Shown here one piece after another: positions 56,732-64,000 of a DNA stretch of 64,000 nucleotides. The notes under the pieces are model-generated. The model did no database searches, had not been told where the DNA came from, and saw only the letters and a list, made by a program, of their open reading frames with translations. Source of the stretch: Paecilomyces variotii (taxonomy: Eukaryota); NCBI GenBank assembly GCA_004022145.1, contig RCNU01000004.1; one strand, given 5' to 3'. Position numbers and translations under genes: made by a program. Within the stretch, counting starts at the first letter, position 1. Each line of letters begins with the position of its first letter.

Positions 56732-57945
56732 ATGGCGCGCGTCTATGCAGATGTCAACGAGCATATGCCAAGGTCCTATTGGGACTATGATAGTGTGAAC
56801 ATCTCTTGGGGCGTTCTGGAGAATTATGAGGTTGTGCGCAAGATTGGTGAGAGCCCCTCCTTGTCGCAAGCGGGAATAACAAAACAAAAACAAAAATTGA
56901 AAAATCGAGGGACTGGAAATTCTAATGTTTTATCTATTATCTCAGGTCGCGGAAAGTATTCGGAGGTGTTTGAGGGCATCAATGTCGTGAACTACCAGAA
57001 ATGCGTCATCAAGGTCCTCAAGCCTGTGAAGAAGAAGAAGATCAAGCGTGAGATCAAGATTCTGCAGAATCTGTCTGGAGGACCTAATATTGTGGCCTTG
57101 CTTGATGTCGTTCGTGACAGCCAGAGTAAGACGCCTAGTCTGGTATTCGAATACGTGAACAATACCGACTTCCGTACGCTCTATCCTCGTTTCGTGGACT
57201 ACGATGTTCGTTACTACATCTATGAACTTCTGAAGGCACTCGACTTCTGTCACAGCAAGGGTATCATGCATAGAGATGTGAAGCCTCACAACGTTATGAT
57301 CGACCATGAACGGCGAAAGGTGTGTGGTATCTGACACTTGAGATACCTTTATGAAACTAACCAGATGTAGCTCCGACTTATTGACTGGGGTTTGGCGGAG
57401 TTTTATCACAAGGGGACTGAGTACAATGTCCGCGTTGCATCAAGATATTTCAAGGGACCTGAGCTTTTGGTCGACTACCAGGAGTACGATTACTCTCTTG
57501 ACATGTGGTCGCTGGGCGCGATGTTCGCTTCGATGATTTTCCGGAAAGAACCCTTCTTTCATGGAAACAGCAACTCGGACCAGCTCGTAAAGATAGCCAA
57601 AGTTCTTGGCACCGAAGAACTCTTTGAGTACCTTGACAAGTACGATATTGAGCTTGACCCGCAATACGATGAGATCCTCTCGCGCTTCCCCAAGAAGCCA
57701 TGGCATTCATTTATCAATGCTGAAAACCAGCGATTCGTCAGCAACGAAGCTATCGACTTCCTTGACAAGCTTCTGAGATATGATCATGCGGTACGTCATA
57801 TGGTGCTCGTTTGAAGTTGATGTGGTTGCTGATATCATTATAGGAACGTCTTACCGCTAAGGAGGCCATGGCCCATCCTTATTTTGCTCCTGTTCGCGCA
57901 GCTGCCGCTCAAGGCTCTTCGAACAGTACTCCTTCTCACTCCTAA
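56732..57945 (+). CDS. CKA1: Casein kinase II catalytic (alpha) subunit; exons 56732-56846, 56946-57319, 57371-57790, 57844-57945
   Basis: [82 protein letters not shown]. Confidence 0.98.
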
Positions 57946-58999
57946 TGACTATGAACTATCATGAAGATGCCGAAGTACCTCATTTACATCCTCCATCAGC
58001 CCGAGGCCCTGGAGCTGGTATGAGTGGTAGTCGCTCCTACTTCTCAATGCCAAAACAATCGCCGGCGTTCTCAGCTCCCGTTCAATCCCGATATCATGGT
58101 GAAGAGGTCCAAGACGGTTAGGCGACAAGGTGTCTGGGCCTCGCGCTGCACTTATTACCTGCAAGAACTATTCTGATGATTGATGGAATGCTTGTGAAGA
58201 CGATTTCTGCACACACCGCGCTTACTGCTCAGTTACTCCGGTGCACTTATCGGTCCCGAGTCTAGATATATAGAGTGAGCGGAACCACTCGACCATGTCT
58301 AGAGCACCCAAAGTTATCACGTTTTCTGCGTAACTGTACATCCCAAGTCCTCTTTCCGCTTTTTATGTTCCTTCCGCCGGAAGACGGGATTTCAAAGGAG
58401 CTAATCACGGCTATAACTGTTCATCTTTCATCGTGTTTTGTTTTGGCCCACGTGTGGAAGCGGAATGATAGTGGGCAAACTCTTTGTCTGGAGCGCTGGG
58501 TTGTTGGTTCCGGTTGTTGTCTTTTCCTAGATTTCCAATGAACGTGCATAAAGATACCAACTTATTCCCGTGTAGAAAGTACATTTTCATTCCGAATAAT
58601 TCAGGAGTTCCATCGAGTTCGTCGTCGGCAACACTGCAGTCCTAGGCCTGTACATAATGGCTGTCCTTAATCTTATCGGTGAGCACTGTCCACTTTTCAG
58701 ACTTACGCAGGATAATATGTAATTAAATTCATTAATAACGCCTCTAGAAAGAAAGAGAAATCGCTATATCATTGTCTAAGTATACAATCCGACGTATATT
58801 CTCCCCAAGAGCATTTTCACGTGGTAGTGACGTATTCCCGTCAGATAAGAATATCAACAGGTTTTACCTCCTTATATACGTCAACACAGCGCCTAAGAAG
58901 TTTCTCCGTCAGTGAAGACTGCTCGACATTTTGAGATTACCTACAAGAGCGGCACCCCAGAGAAATAATATTCGATAAATAGAAACGAGAAAACCTAAA

Positions 59000-59265
59000 A
59001 TGTCCCAAGCCTCTGCATCTCAGAATCCTCGTAAGTCTACCTCTAACCGACGCTGTAACGTCTGACTAAATTAGTACCTTGGGAGTGGATAGTGGGACAA
59101 CCTACAGCTCCTCTCACAGAGTGGCCTCCGAATGCCAACGAAGAGACCAAGAAAGAAGTCCTTGAGGCTGCGAGGAAAGACCCTGAAGGGCAACATTTAG
59201 GTGGGCACGATAAATCTGAACCACCGAAGATAGTACTGGAAAAGAAAGTACAAGGGAAACCATAG
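59000..59265 (+). CDS. Putative small two-exon protein, 73 aa (exons 59000-59030, 59075-59265)
   Basis: AAAATGTCC start context and a 44-nt intron GTAAGT..CTGAC..TAG give MSQASASQNPLPWEWIVGQPTAPLTEWPPNANEETKKEVLEAARKDPEGQHLGGHDKSEPPKIVLEKKVQGKP*. Confidence 0.55.
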
Positions 59266-59498
59266 CGTTGTGATAATGTTCTCGAAGGCTATATACATGC
59301 TGAGGGAGGAAAGACGTACAGACTTATAAACATGGCATTGGTATTCCACAAGAATGACAGCATATTCAGATATCCAGAGTCTTGTATAATACCTAATGAG
59401 AAATGTATGCAGAGAAACATGTAACACTCGAACCGTATGGAATTCCCACCATAAACAGTCACTGCTCTAGGTTTAGAAGAAAAGAGCACAGAACGTCC

Positions 59499-60296
59499 CT
59501 AAGGACGGAAACCCTCCCACCTGCCCTCCGCAGGCATCAAACCATCTGTCTCTATACCAAAACAATCCAACATGCGCGCCACGCTATGGTTAACAATATC
59601 ATCCAGTCCCTTCGGCCTAGTATAGAATGCCGGGACAGCGGGAAAGATAATCACGCCCAATTTAGCCAGCGCTAGCATATTCTCAAGATGGATCGCACTG
59701 AGCGGCGTCTCCCTTACAACCAACACCAACGGTCTGCGTTCCTTGATACACACATCCGCTGCGCGAGAGATCAAGTCCTCTGAATAACCCGCTCGTATGG
59801 CAGCTAATGTTTTCATACTGCACGGCGCGATGAGCATTCCATCTGATTTCCAGCTTCCGCTGCTCATAGGTGCAGCCATGTCGCGGATGGGCCAGGATCG
59901 GCCCGTCGCGAGTGCCGCGACGTCTGCGACGCTGTATGATGTTTCGTATTTGATTGTCGCGTGTGCCCATTTTGACTTGATTAAGTGCGTCTCAATGCCT
60001 AGAGTGCGCAGATACTGCATGGCTACAACGCCATAGATGACGCCTGTTGCGCCGGTCATGCCAACTATGAGGCGGTTGTGTTTGAGACCCGTAGGCGGAG
60101 GTGAGGGCATAGAAGAGTATGGTTGCCTTGCATGTTGGGATATATGAGAAGTCGTTGGTTGATACAGTTGGTCAATTGGTGACGATAATTGTAAACCTTT
60201 CGCTCGAACTGGAGTTGTGGTTGCCGGTGTTGTTCTCAACCAAGAGGCATTGATTCTGCTCGCTGTGCGGGAAAATGAAGGAATTGGTCCCAGCAT
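59499..60296 (-). CDS. PAD1: Flavin prenyltransferase (UbiX/Pad1) with N-terminal mitochondrial-like presequence
   Basis: RLIVGMTGATG, SKWAHATIKYET, AAPMSSGS, IAPCSMKTLAAIRAGYSEDLISRAADVCIKERRPLVLVVRETPLSAIHLENML, PAFYTRP. The first ~60 aa are R/S/T-rich and nearly acid-free. Confidence 0.95.
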   Translation of the reverse strand: MLGPIPSFSRTASRINASWLRTTPATTTPVRAKGLQLSSPIDQLYQPTTSHISQHARQPYSSMPSPPPTGLKHNRLIVGMTGATGVIYGVVAMQYLRTLGIETHLIKSKWAHATIKYETSYSVADVAALATGRSWPIRDMAAPMSSGSWKSDGMLIAPCSMKTLAAIRAGYSEDLISRAADVCIKERRPLVLVVRETPLSAIHLENMLALAKLGVIIFPAVPAFYTRPKGLDDIVNHSVARMLDCFGIETDGLMPAEGRWEGFRP

Positions 60297-61215
60297 CCTC
60301 TCACAACACAGCTAATTTACTCGCCCGTCAGATCGTAGATCGAAGGCACAGTCTGACAAAAATAAATATCGATTTCCATGGGTGGTATAGCAAGCATATC
60401 CCATTTCAAGCGCTCGGTTAGCTCTTGTCTGTTTTGCATCGTCATCATGCGACAGCCGGCGTAGAGCCGGGAACTACTCCCGTTGTAACCGGATGCCGCG
60501 TCAAGCCGATCATTATTGGGGCAGATATGTTCCTGGTTTGAGGCACGAATAAGTTATGCTCCAGTGCGTCTGTATTATTATTTAATCTTTCTCTGGACGT
60601 GAAGATGCTGTCCCTTACTTGGAGAAAGATTCGTTCTTGTTTGGGTTGACAATATGTTGTCATCTGTTACTATGTATCGAGTATTCAACTGGACCAAGTG
60701 TAGCAGTAGCAGTACCTCGACCATCTAGCCATGTTACGCGGCACCTGCGAGCTGTATTAATTTTTCCACTCATAAGATTGAGGTTTACGTCTTCAATATT
60801 CTGCTCAACGGCGAAAGAAGGTGGCTGCTTCTAACGTAGTTACCTAGGTATGTTGGCGAGACAGAGTAGATCCAGTTGCTACTAACTTAACCAAATTTAC
60901 CAGCCGGCACATTCCAGTCTCCAAAGTTGGCTAGCCAACTACATAGCTATGTAAGTAGTCTATCTGGATTCTGAGGTAGATATCTCCAGAATCCAGATCA
61001 ACAGCCAGTGTGGAAATAGATGAGTCGGGCTTTTCCCCCGGCCTCCCCGATCTCCCCGTCGGGACCTATCCGCCGGCACTGACGAACGGCATAAACAGAG
61101 ACACGTTACCTCGGGATCCAATCTAATTATCTTTAGATGGATGTAGAGCCCTGTACTATTTTGTCAGTAGATTCTCTAAAAGAAAGTGACAAGGCTTCTG
61201 TATCCCTACCTGTAC

Positions 61216-62868
61216 ATGATGAGTTTAGCGACCGCGGGCAAGTGGACAACCAGGCGGTTGTTGAGTCCTGCTCAGCAGCGATGTTTCTCCAAAGCACCTT
61301 GCAGATGCAGCAGCAATCGTGCCATTAGTGAAGCAAACAACACTCCTCATCTCAGCTTCCGATCGTTCATATCTGCCCTGCGTGAGCAAGGAGACTTGGT
61401 GGACGTTAAGGAACCAGTATCAGCCGACCTGGAAGCTGCCGCAGTAACTCGTCGAGTATATGAGAAGCGCGCACCAGCACCGCTTTTCCACGATGTTATA
61501 GGTACAGATCCTAAAACCGGCCTCTTTCGGATTCTAGGAGCTCCAGTTGGACTCCGTAAGAATAAGAAGGACCAGTATGGACGTCTGGCATTACAACTGG
61601 GTCTTCCCGCAACAAGCACCGCGCGGGAGATTGTTGAGAAGATGATCGCGGCCAAAGAAGGCACTCCCCTGCCTCCGGTAGTTGTGGACAGAGCAGATGC
61701 ACCATGCAAAGAAAATATCCTTAAGGGCAGTGAGGTTGATATGACTAAGTGGCCCATTCCACGTCTACATGAACTCGACGGTGGTAACTACCTCGCTACA
61801 TACGGCTTTCACATCGTCCAGACCCCTGATAAGTCTTGGGTGTCGTGGTCCATTTCGCGGGCAATGCACCTTGCTGGGGAGCCACGGGCACTTACTGCTC
61901 CTGTCTTGAAAGGCCAACACATCCATGCCGTGAGACAGAGATGGATTGATGCTGGAGAGGAGAAGACTCCTTGGGCGTTAGTATTGGGCGGTCCTCCTGC
62001 AGCAGCCTTCGTGGCAGGCATGCCTCTTCCATACGAAGTCAATGAGGACGGTTATGTGGGAGCACTTTCAGGGTCTCCCTTAGAGGTCGTTAAATGCGAG
62101 ACGAACGATCTATATGTGCCGGCAAACTCGGAGATTGTTCTGGAAGGTCACATTTCCAACTCCAAAACAGTTCCTGAAGGTCCCATGGGCGAGTACCATG
62201 GCTATGCCTTCAAAGATAAGCCTGTCATGAAACCACTCTTCCATGTCGACTGTGTTACCTACCGAAAGAATCCGGTGGTACCCATCTGCGTTGCTGGTCT
62301 GCCGCCAGACGAGACGCACACAGTCTGGGGGCCATCTATTTCCGCAGAATTACTCTCAGCATTGCGCAAAGCTGGCTTCCCAGTGAATTTCGTTTGGCTC
62401 CCACTCGAAGCATTGTGCATCTGGATCTTCGTTAGCGTCGATACCAAGAAGCTTGCGAGCATGAACATCTCCCCAGAAGAACTTTGCAAGCGTGCGGGAG
62501 AGCTCATATTCGGCACACACGCTGGCTGGGAGATCCCGAAAGTGTTCCTTGTGGGAGACGATGTCGATATCACTGATATCAACCAGGTGCTTTGGGCGCT
62601 CTCTACCCGCTACCGACCTGGAGCGGACGAATACATTTTCGATGAAGCGACTGGGCTTCCCTTGTTGCCGTACATGATGCGAGCTACGAGGAAAGAGGTC
62701 CCTGATCCGGGCAAGGGAGGAAAGAGTGTTGTGAACCTGCTTCTGCCGGAAGAGTTTAATGGTGAGAGGAACTGGCTACCTAGCAACTTCGAAGGATCCT
62801 ACCCGGAGGATACCAAAGAGACTGTGCTCTCCAAATGGGAGAAGTATGGATATTCAAAGGATGAGTGA
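61216..62868 (+). CDS. prFMN-dependent UbiD/Fdc1-family (de)carboxylase with N-terminal mitochondrial-like extension
   Basis: FRSFISALREQGDLV, LEAAAVTRRVYE, APCKEN, PRLHELDGGNY, WSISRAM, QHI, VKCETNDLYVPANSEIVLEG, EGPMGEYHGY, DETHT, VGDDVDIT...WALSTR. First ATG is at 61216; the track start at 61186 is a GTG. Confidence 0.93.
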   Translation: MMSLATAGKWTTRRLLSPAQQRCFSKAPCRCSSNRAISEANNTPHLSFRSFISALREQGDLVDVKEPVSADLEAAAVTRRVYEKRAPAPLFHDVIGTDPKTGLFRILGAPVGLRKNKKDQYGRLALQLGLPATSTAREIVEKMIAAKEGTPLPPVVVDRADAPCKENILKGSEVDMTKWPIPRLHELDGGNYLATYGFHIVQTPDKSWVSWSISRAMHLAGEPRALTAPVLKGQHIHAVRQRWIDAGEEKTPWALVLGGPPAAAFVAGMPLPYEVNEDGYVGALSGSPLEVVKCETNDLYVPANSEIVLEGHISNSKTVPEGPMGEYHGYAFKDKPVMKPLFHVDCVTYRKNPVVPICVAGLPPDETHTVWGPSISAELLSALRKAGFPVNFVWLPLEALCIWIFVSVDTKKLASMNISPEELCKRAGELIFGTHAGWEIPKVFLVGDDVDITDINQVLWALSTRYRPGADEYIFDEATGLPLLPYMMRATRKEVPDPGKGGKSVVNLLLPEEFNGERNWLPSNFEGSYPEDTKETVLSKWEKYGYSKDE

Positions 62869-62915
62869 AACTTGAGCCTCAGATAGTATAGTATGTACAT
62901 GATATTCTGGCTGCT

Positions 62916-63928
62916 CTAGTTCTTAGCAAAACGCTTCCAAAAAATTAGTCTAGTCTTAGCATTCTTTCTTCGAGCGTCAGATATACCATTCCCCAATTCA
63001 TCATCCAAATATTCGTCGTCTTCTGTACTCTCCATTGGAGGAACCCAAGGAACAGCCCATTTGTGCTGAGGAATTTCACCTAACTTGGTGCTTCCAGAGC
63101 TGATCGAGAGGATAGAAATTCTATTATGCCCCTGAGACCTCTCTGGTGGATCTTTTCTGATATTGCAACATTGAGGAAACTCAACTTGGCCCTTATCTGT
63201 AGCGTCACCTACACTCCTGCTCTGACGCTCTGAGTGTGACTCCAACTGATCAGCAGTATAATATCCCACGGGCTCATTCGAGGAGGTTGCTGCTTGATCC
63301 GTACCGGACATGTCGAGTCTCGCGTATTTGCTATAATCTGGTCCATCGATCTGTTTCCCTGATGCGTGCTTATTTCTTAGTTTAAGGTTGGCGGTCTGCT
63401 GATGGTGCTTGGTGGATGTTATCGTTGCCATGTAGATCGACGAGTGGTTTTTCGATCGTACCCATGCCCCCTGAACCGGTTCAGAAGCCACCGACTTTGC
63501 TTTCGACGTCTCTGTTTTCCGCCGCTGTTGCGACGCATGGAAATTACTATTCTTAGTTCGCGCTGCGCTTATCACCGATGTTTCTTTTCTAGTTTGTTGC
63601 TTTACTCTTCTTGTTGCTTGCTGATTCCTAGGTCGCCTGGCCAATTCATCTTTTCTAGTCCTTCCATGAACAGCTTTTTGAGATATTCTCGCTCGTGGAT
63701 CTCCACTAGAAGCAAAAAGCGTAAGCCTCTCCCGAAGTGCTTGTAGTGAGCTAACCGCCTCTGCGGCAGAGGTTTGCGATAAACTCAGCAGAGACTGCCG
63801 CGCGAGTTTGTCGCATCTGCTGGACCCTGTCCCTCCGTTCGGTGGAGTGCACAGGCAGGAAGATATGATTCTCATCAGGCCCGCGTTCAGAGCAAGTAGT
63901 GTATGTGTCAGCGAGGCTTGGGCTAGTT
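62916..63928 (-). CDS. Last exon of a hypothetical fungal protein; 5' part lies at or beyond the window edge
   Basis: Long ORF preceded by a branch/acceptor (TTAAC..TAG at 63929). Contains AQASLTHTLLALNAGL and RISILSISSGSTKLGEIPQHKW, with a basic C-terminus. Confidence 0.65.
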
Positions 63929-64000
63929 CTATATATATGTTAATTTCATCAGTATACTCTCTCATCTATCATGAAAAAGCTGCGTGGACAGAGAAGAATA

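Noticed and set aside
59000-59265. Idea that the 73-aa ORF is a BsdD/VdcD-like third subunit of the UbiX/UbiD system
   Set aside because: Similar size, but it has no Cys, whereas those bacterial subunits have CxxC zinc-ribbon motifs.

Overview
Eukaryotic, intron-containing DNA from a filamentous ascomycete. GT..AG introns of about 45-115 nt with CTRAC branch points and the protein content suggest Eurotiales (Aspergillus/Paecilomyces-like); this taxonomy is an inference. About 30 protein-coding genes can be supported. Conserved housekeeping genes are ATG11, a CENP-H-like kinetochore protein, NHP6, a CCDC174/DUF4078-like protein, homoserine dehydrogenase, PXMP4, RPF2, RNase P p30 and CK2 alpha. 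They are interspersed with accessory-looking loci. The most striking is a three-gene block at 24.0-33.6 kb: a secreted GH16-fold domain lacking the ExDxE catalytic motif fused to an acyltransferase-3 (AT3) membrane domain, a divergently transcribed processive GT2 synthase, and a second AT3. The two AT3 domains each keep one half of the R-X10-H signature. This looks like a candidate system for making an O-acylated cell-surface polysaccharide. Other notable items: a hidden alternative 3' exon of ATG11 carrying a WEKL (AIM-type) motif; a divergent UbiX/UbiD pair in which both proteins have mitochondrial-like presequences and the UbiD pocket differs from Fdc1; an HNH-domain gene; a Tc1/IS630-like HTH-only gene; and two small spliced genes missed or truncated by the ORF track. 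No tRNA, rRNA, CRISPR array or intact transposon was recognised. Family assignments come from motif recognition by eye, not from database searches.
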